Assembly (NCBI GenBank): GCA_002633005.1
Contig: NMRA01000119.1
Span: 186,001-249,972 of the forward strand
Direction of reading: 5' to 3'
DNA: 63,972 bases
Origin: Phoronis australis
Taxonomy: Eukaryota; Animalia; Phoronida
The translations under genes and the position numbers were made by a program. The notes under the pieces are model-generated. The model had not been told where the DNA came from. It did not search any database and saw only the letters and a list, made by a program, of their open reading frames with translations. Positions 1-13,500 of this stretch are shown here, piece after piece. Position 1 is the stretch's first letter; each line of letters begins with the position of its first letter.

Positions 1-26
1 TTTGGCAGCGGTATTTGAAACCACAT

Positions 27-358
27 CCTTGTTTAGCTGGCTAAAAACGAAAATCAAATTAAGCATTTCACTCTCATAAAATTTGTGTCAATACTCCTCA
101 TCCTGATAGGAATCTATTTTCGTTACCAACTCACTTGTCGCAGGTAATGCGTATTATGCACCATTTTTGAATTCACAATTTTACCATTGACCTTCCTAAA
201 TTCAGGATGGCCATGCAACCCCAATAAACTCCTGAAACATTTTCTTGAGTCACTGGTGGTTTCGGTTGTTGGTAATGGAATTCGAATCTCATCACAGAAG
301 CTGATTTTATGAGAGAAAAGGCTTAGTTTGATTTTTATTTTTAGTCACCTAAACAGGG
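27..358. mobile_element. Degenerate MITE-like inverted repeat
   Basis: ccttgtttagctggctaaaaacgaaaatcaaattaagc...ctctcataaaat versus attttatgagag...gcttagtttgatttttatttttagtcacctaaacaggg. Confidence 0.65.
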
Positions 359-728
359 TGAAATGTGAGTTATACTCAAATGGACCATTACCCAAGCAAA
401 CCAAGTGTTGAGTGAAAGTGCAGCACAGACTTCAGACCATGCTATCCCTCCTGGTTCCTAATGCAGCTTTCTAACAAAGAATGCTACAGTCACCGTAGTA
501 CACTAGATTGTTGTTTGTGCTTGTCAGATCCCAACGGTGCTAGATGTAACTTACATGGCAGTGGGTTGCATAAATTGTGTAAAAATGTTTTGCTAAGGTC
601 GGCTACCAAAATGTTTCTCTTGTTCAGCATGATTTGTTCACCAATATTTGTTTTGAATAAGTCCCATGGTTCAACACGACTGGAGCCAAATGCAACTTCG
701 TTTTTGTGTGGAATCCTCATAGACTACT

Positions 729-768
729 GGTGTGTGTGTGTTTGTGTGTGCGTGCGTGCGTGCGTGTT
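729..768. repeat. (GT)n/(GCGT)n microsatellite
   Basis: gtgtgtgtgtgtttgtgtgtgcgtgcgtgcgtgcgtgt. Confidence 0.9.
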
Positions 769-916
769 GTGATAGAACAGCTCAATTGAGTGTTAGGAAC
801 GTTCAACAAGACAGCATTATCAAGACAACTATTACTTCTCCTTTCAAGGATAGCAAATGCGTGAGAGATGGTTGTGTTGATGCCAGAAATTTTAGTCTTA
901 TAACATCCAATTCTAG

Positions 917-1503
917 GTCTGGATGACTTCCTGCACTCAACAGGTGAGCCACTGACACTGCGCATCATTCCTTGCCCTCTGTGTGTCCGTGACAAAGTCA
1001 AGGACACGTCCGACCTAACGTTTCTACACACGGATGTGGAAGTGACTCAGTTCAGTGTGGAAAGCTGTGCCATGCAGGCGCTGAAAGCTGAAGTCATCAA
1101 CTGCCTCCACCATCCGACCTCGAGTATCCCACTCAAGGACATCATTCCTGACCTGCTATTGGCCGATTTGCCAGTCAGTCTTCTCCTCAATCCTGATCGC
1201 CTCGATTACGAACCTTCAGAGGAGAACATCCTCGGGCAAGGAGGCGAAGCGGTTGTGTTCAAGGGGCGCTACGGCAATATTCAAGTGGCCATCAAGCAGT
1301 TTCACACAGTAGCTAATCACTCGCCATTGAACACTGGCAATAGCGATCCCGAGGCTACGCAGTTTTATCCCTCCAATGACGATACGCAGACGTCGACTTT
1401 GTACGAACAGCTGGGGAAACAGGGTGAAAACAAGTACAGCACGTCAGTACAAGGTCTTGACGGATCTGCCTTTGATGTGACAGAGCACTTAAAGGCTTCT
1501 CAG
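917..1503 (+). CDS. LRRK-like exon: COR C-terminus plus kinase subdomains I-II
   Basis: ttctag|GT at 916/917 and CAG|gtgagg at 1503; GLDDFLHSTGEPLTLRIIPCPLC...LGQGGEAVVFKGRYGNIQVAIK. Confidence 0.9.
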
Positions 1504-4500
1504 GTGAGGTTTCTAATACACCTATGGTACTCTCCATGTTCACCATCTTCACAATTTGAATTCAAGTTCTAATGGAAACACTAGCCTTTCACATAGTTAA
1601 GAAAAAAATACATTGCAGTTGAACAGATTGTTATTTCACACTGGATAGTACGGACCTATAATAATAATGATGATGATAATGATAATAAAACTTTTTTATA
1701 GAGAATATAATACAATACATTTAAAAACATGCTTTTCCCAAACGGGCTAATATACAACATGGTCCTCTTATGGCTTAAATGAATTCTTCTGGACTTTTCC
1801 AATTTTGTATTTAGCTTCAATATCCTAAATCTTGGTGCAGGGTCACAAGAGCTTTCTATCCACTCGCAGTATAGAAGGATTGGCAGCTGCCACTATTCCC
1901 AAACAAAGTAGTAAGATCTATCACAGAATTTACTGAACAAAAATATTTTAAAAACAAATGTGCTAACTAACACACACATACAATTAACTCCGATCATAGA
2001 ACATGTTTCTGGTGATCTGGCATTATGATACCAGTCAAATTTTTTTGAAATGTACCTACATGTTCAGAATTTACGTGGGTGCACGCTGTCATCTCTGTCT
2101 GGGTATCCAGCGTACGATGTCTGCTGGTGTATCTCCTAATTCGCTTGCAAGGTCTTAATGAAGTTTGGCCAATGTGTTCTTATGAAGCTGATGACGAATG
2201 ACGGACCTCTCTGACTATCGTCAGCACCTCCTTGTGGCAATTTTAGATTGTTACCTCTGTATCTTTGATTAAGTTCTTTGACAGATTTTAATGAAATTTT
2301 GGAAATAATGGAGATGACGACACTGCCCTTCCATTTTTTGGGGTGAGTCCGACATATTCTACACCTAGTAGCCTTTTTTGTTATTTTTGAGTCCGTTTTT
2401 GTCATCCACCTCTTTATCCATCAAATCACTCAAAGGATCATGAAGAAAATAATGGGATGTGTTCTTGCTGAGAAGACCACAACTGGCACTGAGTTAAGTT
2501 CAAGTACTTGTGGACCCTAATGGCTATTTTACTTTTTGCACCGACAGCTATATCTCCTTAATCTTTTTAGTCTTTACAAAATTTGGCATATGTAAATGTG
2601 ACAATGGATGACCATAACGACGAATCTGCCTATTGCTGTTGTGGCATTTTGATTATTTTATTTACGTTTACTTGTGTATCTTCACAGCTCTTTTGACCAT
2701 TTTACGAAATTTGACAAATTGGTTTCTATTATTGAGGCTCCAGTTGATTTTGGTGTCCATGAAATCAGTTTCAAGGTTGCAGCGAGTCCATTTTGACCTC
2801 TCGGGAAAAGGTTTTTGGTATGATACATCAAGAAGTTAGGTTTAAATTTTGTTCATATTTTCTGCCATGGTGAAGGTGAGGAATCTCCAAGCTACAGTTG
2901 ATTTTGGCGACCTTGACTTCATTTTCAAGGTCACATTAAGAAATTAATGAGTGATGCTATCTCAGAAAATGAGCATTTGATTTTTGTTTAATATATTATG
3001 TACCAAGGTTTAGGTGAGTCATCTTCAGGCACCAGTCGATTTTTGTGTCCTTGAACATGTTTTCAAAGTCTGCAAGAAATGTTGAAGCAATATCACATGC
3101 ATGATATGAAATTTTTTTAAAGCAAAATTTTCTCATTTTTAAATTTTGAAAATAAATGTCAGAAAAAATGTTGCAGAGATCTTCATATAGCTTATCTTAA
3201 CACACAAAAAATAACATCCCGTAAAATTATACCCATAAAAGTGCGTGCTTAGCGAGTCATCATTTTTGCTTTGAACATGCCTTTATGAAAAACCTAAACT
3301 ATGGGTGACCTTTTTTCTTAAATTATACATTCTTGACATCAATTTGGAGGTAACTGTATCCAAAGACTTTTTATACCCAAGCAACAGAGATATCAGTCAT
3401 CAAAGAGCTGAAGCACAGCTCCCTCAGCCGTAGACCATGTAAAGCATGTAAGTTTGCAAAAGTTTGTGTGAATAGACCCATCCATTAAAGAGTAGTCTGT
3501 GCAAAACTGGTAAAAGCGTTGAAAATTAAAGTTAAAGATTTGCCGCTAAGTTCCCAAACAGATGGCATATTTGGCTTGCAAATGAAGGTAATGTTATGGG
3601 TAGCAATTAAAAACAAATATATAGTATTACATTTTATGCAACATATGAATATTGCACCTTGAAAAAAATCTATGTAGGTAGGCAACTGTGTCAACATTGG
3701 TTAAACAACAAAGACCACGTTATTTTAACCCTCAGATGGTGATAGTATTTTTAAATTGACACTCTACTGACCAGTAAGCATTGTGCTGTAGGGTTTTTTT
3801 GCCTTTTGTTGGAAAACATATTCGACTGAAATGGTTAGGTTCTCGAAGTTTTAGTTTAAAGAAATTAAAATAGGAGAAATTTTAAACAAAAGCGTTCTCG
3901 TCAACTTTAAAATGAAAATAACTACGTATTAAGATTTATTAGTGCTTATTGGTATTAAATAAAATTAATCAGAATGGTGCACTTGGTGGAACCCCACCTC
4001 AATGTTGACATGATACTTAGCATGACACATCTTTATGGGATGTTTTTTGTTCTACGTCATCATACTTGTGCATGATGTGATGACACGGGTCAGTGAAAAT
4101 GAAAATCTTTTAGTTATTTATCTACATGGGTACTTACATCCGTGTTTGAAAGGAAGATTGTGGGCTTTGAAAACTGAAAGTTGTTGGTTAGTTTTAATAC
4201 TGTTCTGGACTAGTTCAGTTTCAAGAATGACTCATAATGCAACGGATTTAAGCCAAAATTACTCGAGACAAAATATCTCCAAATAATGCGCATTCAATAT
4301 GCTATCAAATTTATGTGCCAGATAAATTAGAAAACACGTTCCGAAGTCAGCAGAAGCTTAGTTCATTGTAGATATTGACATCAAAAATAAAGCTATCACG
4401 AGGATCAATTTGGTGACGTGTAGGTAACCAATGTGACCTCAGATTTTGTTTGGCGATCTGGTAAAAACATTTTCCGAGTCCGACAGCTTTTCACTTGAAG

Positions 4501-7500
4501 TGTCTCCTTTATTTCATTTTTTGCCGACAATGTCTGGCAACCACAGTTGCCATTTAGTGACCTGGGAGTTCTGCCGAGTTGCATTTGGTGAGTTGACATT
4601 ATGCTAAGCATCAAGCCTTGTATAAACAGGCCATTATAGAATGATGTATTATAATATTAAGCTGTAGACAGTTCATGAGTTATGGATTCAAAGTAACTAA
4701 CAAAATGATTCACATGAAGGTGTTATGAAATGGAACATTTGTAAAAGTTGTCTAACTATTAATATTGCTCCGTTGTATAACCAGTTTTGCACAACTTTTT
4801 ATTGCACAGCACAATTTCTCTAGTGGGCTTGCTTTTTTACTATTAGTTATTCCTCATTAGTTTCAAGTACCAAAATCATATGAGGTTCAGTTTTTGGTGG
4901 TGGTGGTGGTGGTTGTGGTTGTGGTTATTAGGTGCTTCTCTGTTCAAATTCAACTCAATGCTTTGAGTGGCATAAAGGTCAGTCATATAAACCCTCTGTT
5001 TTGGGTTAAGGTACACAAGCCTAGTCAGCTTAATGTATTATGGCCTAGCAAACATGAGGAAGACTGGGGCTACTCAACAAAAGAACAGCAGTTCCAATGC
5101 ATGCATTTCTATTAATTCTATTGTGGTTAAGGCCAAAACAAGCCAGATGGTTCTGGTCTTTAGCCTGACTCATTTCGAGACTTGCATTCTCCAACTCTAG
5201 TAAAAAAAAACATTCCTTCCTATCACTTTCATCCAAGATTTCTTATTTTGTAAAGCTACACAAAGGGTTTGAAATGCCCCGATTTTCCAAGTGGTGAGTT
5301 TAAAAAAATCCTGTACCATTTTTGCTTGTCCCAGGTTACAAGCAACTAAAAAATACCGCACAATCAATGTGATTTTCAAAAAATGGAGATCAGAGCCAAT
5401 TATACTATTTGGCCTAACTGATATTTGTCAGTCAATGATTGAAAAAGCTCAATTTTTAATGATGAATTCAGTTTTTATACACCGCAATGCCAAAAATGGC
5501 GTGCAGTGCATGATTTTTGTGTTGGATTAAAGGCATTGCTATCACTGGTATCCATCTCTGTTCCCTAATCCTTAAACAAAAGAAAAAGGTCTTAGAAGTC
5601 CAGTCGTTTTGGTAATTGGCAAGTGTTCAAATCCTATCCGGTAAGAATCATTCAATATTGACGGTTGAGAAATGATCAAGATGTACCACCTCGTGGTGGT
5701 TGTAGTGATGGATGTGGTTGCAGAGGTGATGGGTGATGGTGGTGTAGGTGCTGGTGGAGGTGGTATTGGTGGAAATAATTATTAATTTGTGGTGCTGCTT
5801 GATATCTACGGTATATAATTATTTGAATTATCTATAGTTACACTGATTTCTGTAAGGGTCTAGTCCAGTGGACTAAAGGTAGTTAAGTCACATTTGCTAT
5901 TCATTGACCGTGTAACTTATGGTGCCAAGCAAAATGGTTAGGGATTGTTACGGTGGTCTATGAAGTCCAGTTTTCCAACAAAATGAATTTCTCTTATAAC
6001 CAAGAGTTACACAATTGGGAGCATCAGTAACACTGCTGCTCGAGAAATAAATATGTGATGTAGAATCTTTGAAATAGTAAATTTATTACAAGACATATAC
6101 TTAAGATATTAAATTGTTGAAATGACATTTTCCATTGTAAAACAATGTTATAACAATAAAAATTAACAAACTCCACCCTTAACAGGCGTACAAGTCTCCA
6201 AAATGTAATACCCTATTTAAATAATATTATTCTATGTTCAAAACTGTCTATGCTAAAATTGGTATCAGTTTGCTTAAGAGTATGTACTGGATTATTGTCA
6301 AGGTCAAAATAATGAATTAAAGCCGGTTTTTACCTATTGTTCATTTCCAAAAAACTTAGAAAATTACATCATACGAGTTTAATGGTTTACCGTTAATCTC
6401 TGTCTGCCACTAATGCAAATCAAGATTAGAAAATGAACCTGACGCTACAAACCTGTTACCATATAATCTGATACCACCTAGTGAGTAATATAGGTTAAAA
6501 CCTGTGTCATCAATCATCTTAACTTTTTGTCATAAGCTGTATGACCACATTGAGATAGGCTGTTGGTACTACCTCTTTCACTATTGTTACACGATCATGT
6601 TGTTCTACTGCAGCACACGATACTACCTCTTTCACTATTGTTACACGATCATGTTGTTCTACTGCAGCACGCGATACTACCTCTTTCACTATTGTTACAC
6701 GATCATGTTGTTCTATTGCAACACGCGATACTACCTCTTTCACTATTGTTACACGATCATGTTGTTCTACTGCAGCACGCAATACTACCTCTTTCACTGT
6801 TGTTACACGATCATGTTGTTCTACTGCAGCACGCAATACTACCTCTTTCACTGTTGTTACACGATCATGTTGTTCTACTGCAGCACGCGATACTACCTCT
6901 TTCACTGTTGTTACACGATCATGTTGTTCTACTGCAGCACGCAATACTACCTCTTTCACTGTTGTTACACGATCATGTTTTTCTACTGCAGCACGCGATA
7001 TATTTATTTTTTTCACGTAATATCCACTATTTTATGCTCCCACGTCATGTTTTCGTTACATAAGTTGGTTTCTGTTCCATCCTGTTACGAATATACCAAC
7101 TCCTGTGCATAAAACTTCAAGATTCGTAGTTTCTTTAAGTGAGACACAGCTTCCGGAATACTGTCAATATCATTTTGTGACAAATCCAATTGGGTCACGT
7201 TGCGAGGGATGGAGTGGATTTCATTTGTCGTGATATTGTTCTGGGCTAAATTCATCACCCTCAGGCGTTCCATGTGGCGCACGCTCGATGGTATGGAACG
7301 AATCCAATTACGAATCAGGTACAACTCCCGTAGCCTATTCAATAGACACACTGATTCCGGGAAGTCGGTGAGGAAATTGGATGACAGACTGAGAAACGAC
7401 AAACTCTCCAACTTCTGAAACGAGTCCGGAATACTGAACAGACAGTTGTCACTAATGTCGAGGTGGCGCAGGTTGTGTAATGCTCCCAGCGTCCTTGGCA

Positions 7501-10500
7501 ACGCTGTTAGGTTATTGAACCTCAAAGTCAGAATACGCAGCTGGAATAATCTGCAGATTTCTTCCGGGAGTTCGTAAAGATCGTTGCAGTGAACATCCAG
7601 TTTACAAAGCTGGCTCATTTTCCCGATGCTAGCTGGGAGCATTTTCAGTCTGTTGCGACTCAAGTTTAGCGACGCCAATGATTTCAGCTGCAGCAGTGCA
7701 CGCGGAAACTCTGTGAACTGGTTCCAGCTGAGGTCTAGGTGGTAGAGACTCACAAGTCCACCTATTTTTGACGGAAGTGTTTTAAGGTTATTACAACTTA
7801 AGTGAAGCTCTCGAAGATTATTTAGTTTTGATATAGATAGCGGCAACGTCTCAATACTGTTCACTGACAGGTTTATGACCTTTAGGTTTGCCATCAAGGT
7901 TAAATATGGGGGGAAGTGATTGAAATTGTTCCTGCCAAGGTGTATCCACTCCAGCCTGGCCAATAGAGTCATTTCTGGGGGTAACTCCTCCAAGTAATTG
8001 TTGTTCAAATTGAGCATGTTAAGATGATACAAGTTGAAGACCCCCTTTGGTATCATGGTAAGATTGCGGTCCGACAGCTGCAGTCCCACCCTCCCGTCCA
8101 TCGTGGAACGAGTCACCTGGTCGCGTAGAAATGGCATGATGGTCTGTTACTCCATAGTCCAAATGAATATGATATGAATTGTCTGATAATTTTGATGATC
8201 TTATTCCATCATTTCTGCGGCAACTGATATGTCAAACCTAGAATTAGGATACGAAGGATGATAAAGGTGGAAAGTTAAAAAATTTGCTTTGATACCTGTT
8301 TCTACTAGGCTTGATATTACAGAAACCTATTTATATTTAAACAATCATTACTAAATGTGAGACTATGTAGGAAATATTTGTGGGTTCCTTCTAAATGATG
8401 ATAATATTAACTAAAGATCCTTTTGGAACCGAAAAGCCGCACCTTGAGGTTGTCAGTGTGCCACCGTTTTAGGGAATCACAAGATTGTTCACTACTAGGG
8501 AAACTTGTTTTTGGATATTTGCTACTGGGTACTGAGCTACCAGTGTCGGTCATTGTGTTTGCTCGATAGATGTGAATACCGATGTGGTCCTTTTGCTCTC
8601 ATCATTGCCATTATTTCATGGATAGTATGCTTTCTGTCAACTTTAACCATATTAAGTTTATGAAATTGATCTCAAAGTGCTCGGGAGTCAAATTGGATGG
8701 GATCTCAGGGCTTTCAAAGAACTTTTAGTTTGTAATTTCTTCAGAGCAAGCTTACTCATAAAATTTCAAATTACACGTCATTATCTGAAATTTTATGAGA
8801 AATAACGACTTAACTGGAGAAATAACAAGCTAACAGTTCTTCCCTATGCTAAATGTCACTTCTAAACTGAACAAGGAACAGAGGTGCGTCAATTTTATAG
8901 CGTCAAGTGGCCTAATCAAAATTTGCTGATCATGATGGTAGATTGCGATAGTTTCAGCAGTTCAATTAGCTCCAGACATAGTTTACAGTGGTTTTAAAAG
9001 TCCAGTTTAGGTCTAAATTTTATAAAACATTAAACATGTTCATTATCACCTCTAACTTAGCTAAAAGTTACCAAATTTGAATAAACAAAAAATTATGAAT
9101 AACATTACCTGCTTGTGTTGTTTACTATCCAGTGCATCATGTTGAAATGTTGACTGTGAGCAAGTGGCTTGATTGAAAGTTCAGTGTTGAAAAAACGTAA
9201 TTCGGGGCTCCTGGTGGGGTTATCTGATTATTGCCTTAGCAGAGGGATCATTGTTGTGCTGGCGTGCAAGTGTTAGGTTTGCCTGATTATCAGCAGTATC
9301 TTGCTAAATAGAACGTTACAAATTGTTATGAAATGATCAGAATTTTTCATGAGAATTTTTGTTCAATGGTCTCATTACAGCAGTTAAAGTTAAATTTGTT
9401 TGAATCGCATAGTATTTTTGGTAAAAATAATTTAATTAACATGCTAATTAAGTGTAATGACGTGCACACATGTCATTTTTATATTATTTTGCTTTAAAGA
9501 AAAGTGGAAATTTGCTGTGGTGGCAGAGTGTTCAATAAGTTGTTTACCTGTCAGAAGCCTCATAGCTTGCGCTGTGGGAAAATGATAGTTCTGACATGGT
9601 CCACTGATCACAATAGGGCAAATCCAGTTTACAGCAACAATATGTCAGTCTTCTAGATTAATAGAGGGAGTGGATAATATATGACCCAGATATAATGCTC
9701 TCAGTGCTTATTTTGGGATAATATTTCTGTTGGCAATAATATTTTTGTTTGTAAAAATTAAATAATTACGTGTTAGAAAATGTTGGTCTATAAAAAGTAT
9801 AATTCATTTGTTAACATTTTTGTTTGTTTTTTTACTTATTGTTTTAATAATAACAATGCTTCAAATTCAGCTCTTTGGTATGATAATTAGTGACAACACA
9901 TTATGTCTCAAGTAATCTAATTTACGTAACTTGTATTTGTAGCGAAGGGTTCTGCAGAAGCTGCATAGTGGAATATTGTTTAAAAGATAGACAAGCTTTA
10001 TGCTGGTTGGTCTCTCTCCTACACCAGGGTAGACCCTTTGAAACTTAGAGAAACAAAAGATTCATGTTGCTGGAGTAAAACTTAATGAAAGTGTGACTTC
10101 ATTTTAATCAGAGTCTTCCCTCAACGGTGCTCCTTTTTTGTGACTTCCACTGCCTAAAAGAGTCGACTACACCCCCTTTTTCAAAATTCATTGAACCATG
10201 TGGGTTTTCATGGAGTTTTTATGAAAGGAAGGACAAATATAATTTTTTGACAAAGTTCGCTTTTGTTTAATTGGAATGCAAGTGCTGACTGAGATCAGCA
10301 CTTTGTGCTGTGATGCTAATCGTGTTGTCGCTTAAATTTCAATGAAATCCATCGGTCAATTTTAACTTTGAAAGATTTTGACCTTCTTAGTATATAAAGG
10401 AAGCACAGTAAAGCAGTGGACCAATGCAATACTAATGTTTTGGTATTGTTTGTGTTCTAACGTAGCAGAAAACGCAAAATCTTTTGGATAGAAAGTTAAC

Positions 10501-13500
10501 CAAGCATGCAAGAGAACATTTGTTACACCCTTCGCCTCCATTCAACTTTTGTCTCCATTAACGATTTTTAACAAGTAAAATATTAATGTTTGTTTTCTGC
10601 ATTCAGGCACTTTCATTATTGCCTCTTTTTCCCCAGATCATCCGGTCATTCAACGAAGTCCGTCAGGAGGTGAGTTTGCTGAGCCGTCTGTCCCACCCGT
10701 GTGTCGTCTCACTAATTGGTGCCTCTGTCTACCCGCGTTTGTGCTTTGCTCTGGAGATGGCACCACTTGGCAATCTCAGTCAGATCCTGGAGGAGGCAGT
10801 CAAAGAACGTGAGGAGTTCAACAAGTACAGGGATAGAGAGAAGGTCTTTGACACTGCGCTGGACAGAACTCTCACCTACAAGATTGCTCTTCAGGTAGAT
10901 AGTTGTCGTATAACTCTTGGAAGACATAAGACATGACTTCAGATTAAATTACTACAGTCAAATCCCAAATTCTTCTCTTTCATGGATTTAGAAAAGCTTA
11001 GTATGGCAATTCTTCATGTATTTTGTACAAAAACGATTCCTAATTTTCTAGTTTTCAGAGGCTGACAACCTAGCTATAAACATTGGAAACTTAATAATCA
11101 AATGTTGGTTTTACTTATATGACCTTCACAATACAATGCAAGCCAATAGGAGCAGTGAGTGCCTTCTTAATTTCAAATTAGTGTTTGTTTTAGGACACAC
11201 TATGGGAAACAGGTGGGTTTTCTTTGTAATTTTTTTAATATTAAGTAATGTAACAAAACTTGAGAAAAAATTACTTTCATTGTAGTGGGTACAATTATCA
11301 CCAAAATTATAACCATTTACAACATTTGTGAGTCTGAAGAACAACAAAATGTCAATTTTGACCAATTTGCTTTCTTCGTAGGATATTTTTTTACCGCACT
11401 CATGATATTGCAGGTGAAAGAATAACAATGTCAATCATCTGACATTTCAGGTGGCGTCAGCTTTGAAGTACCTGCACGCAAACGACATCATCTACAGAGA
11501 CCTTAAGTGCAGTAACATATTGGTGTGGAGTTTGGACATCGCTCAACCAGTCAACGTGAAAATATCAGACTATGGTATCTCACGATTCAGCACACCCCAG
11601 GGGCTGATAGGTATGGTGGGAACACCAGGCTTCCAAGCCCCCGAAGTGAGGACGGGAATGGCTTACGATGAACAGGTATGACGTTTATTTTTGTTGTCAC
11701 ACTGTCATTTGCGGTATCCAGATGTTTTCCTTTTTTAGATGCTTATGAGTAAAATATCGATCTTGTAGAGGTTTTGAGTTGTATTTATTGAAATCCTATT
11801 TCTTCATCTTGTAAAGTAAACGTAAATCTTCAATTATTTCACTCAAAATTAATTCCCAAAATTTTCGTGTTTCTTAGTTTGCCTGCAAATAATTATAGAA
11901 ACTATGCCAAATGTTGTTTTAAGAAATACATAACCAAATACAAGCAAAGCTTGTGATGAACTGAAAATTGTTTTGTCTTTATTTGTGTTCAAAATCTGTC
12001 TTGTGTACTAAATAGTTGAGCTATCATACTGAAGTAGAAGTTGGGGATGGATGAATTTTGTTTTGAAATTCCTTGAAACAATTGACTGATTACATTCATT
12101 GCACTTAATACGTGGAAAGAATTTATTTCTAAGGACCTATCATTTATCAAAAAAAGATTTTCCCTATTTGGAACAGAGGTGGTTGTAGGACTGTGATTGG
12201 GAATGCAAAGTTATGTTTTTATCAGAAACATTGGGACTAACTTTAATTTTTCTCTAGTTTTAATTATTACTTAACGATCATATTGAGTTTGTGAACCATT
12301 TTGAAACTAGGTGTCCATTAAAATCTAGTGAGATATAGCACTTCAACCGATAACCCATTGGCACACAATTAAATCTTTCATGAAATGGGACACAAAATTG
12401 TGTCTCATTTTAGAAAATCTGTAAAGATGTAGCTGCCCAGTCCATTGCCCTTGTCTTATGCTGATTAGACCGAGTCAGGGGTGTGCGCATGAAAACTGTA
12501 AATGGGACTCACCGATAAGTTCACATAAGCGTTCATACCTACTTAAATTGTGATCTTTGATCAGGATACAAAAAGTCCCCAGTCACGTGTCACTGCACTC
12601 TATGATAATGATCACGGATCATATTTTTCAGGAGACCTCATTAAGTTTTTCAGTCGTTCATAATTAACTCGCCACAGGCTGAACCACTTAGGTGTTTTTG
12701 CAACATTGAGGACAATCGAGTGACACTTGTACAAGAGAAATTCGTAAACCTCATTTTCATGCTTCCGTGGATTGTGTTCAAATTTGTGTTCTAATGCTGT
12801 TACTTGTTTGATATCATGCGTATTCCAGGTGGATATATTTTCCTACGCGATGACGTTGTTTGAGATAATTTCTGGTCGGAAGCCATTCTGTGACCTCACA
12901 CACTCATCGATGGTCATCTCGGCTGTGCGTAAAGGTATCCGACCAAATCTCAATGTAAGTACCAGGTGAATAGCAAATTTAGTGTCTTATTGCCAGTGTG
13001 GTTGTAGTTACACAGGTTGTTCATATTTCAACTTGATATAACCAATTTTAAACACACATCTCCTACATCTTTTTACTATCTTTAAGTTGCTTAAAACGTT
13101 TAAATAAAATTAAAAAAATTAATTTATCTTTTTATAACGTGAAATTTCGTGGTTGAATCTCAGGGGTTACAGGGACTATAAACTTGACACGCTTTTATCG
13201 GTGATTTCAATAGTTTATTGCCCATTTGGGCTGTAGGGTCAATAAACATGGTAATTACGCCTGGTCTGCCAATGGAACTTAACGCCATCAGGTAATGTGT
13301 ATAGGTGTGAAATCCATCAGGTAATGTGTATAGGCGTGAAATCGCATGTTACCGGCCAAGCAAAGGTTTGTGGTTTTCTCAGGAGTTTCCACCGACCCAA
13401 AAATGAGGCAAAATTTTTCGGGTCGGTCTATCACGACCAAAACGCGTTGTGTGTCCAGTTGATAAATCAAATCAATTTATTCTTTTGAACTAAAGTGCAA

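Noticed and set aside
461-916. Short ORFs at the window start
   Set aside because: Intronic sequence upstream of the 917 acceptor, partly microsatellite-derived
6504-7112. Three overlapping repetitive ORFs (202, 165 and 166 aa)
   Set aside because: Artefact of a stop-free 54-bp (18-codon) minisatellite; no splice or domain support
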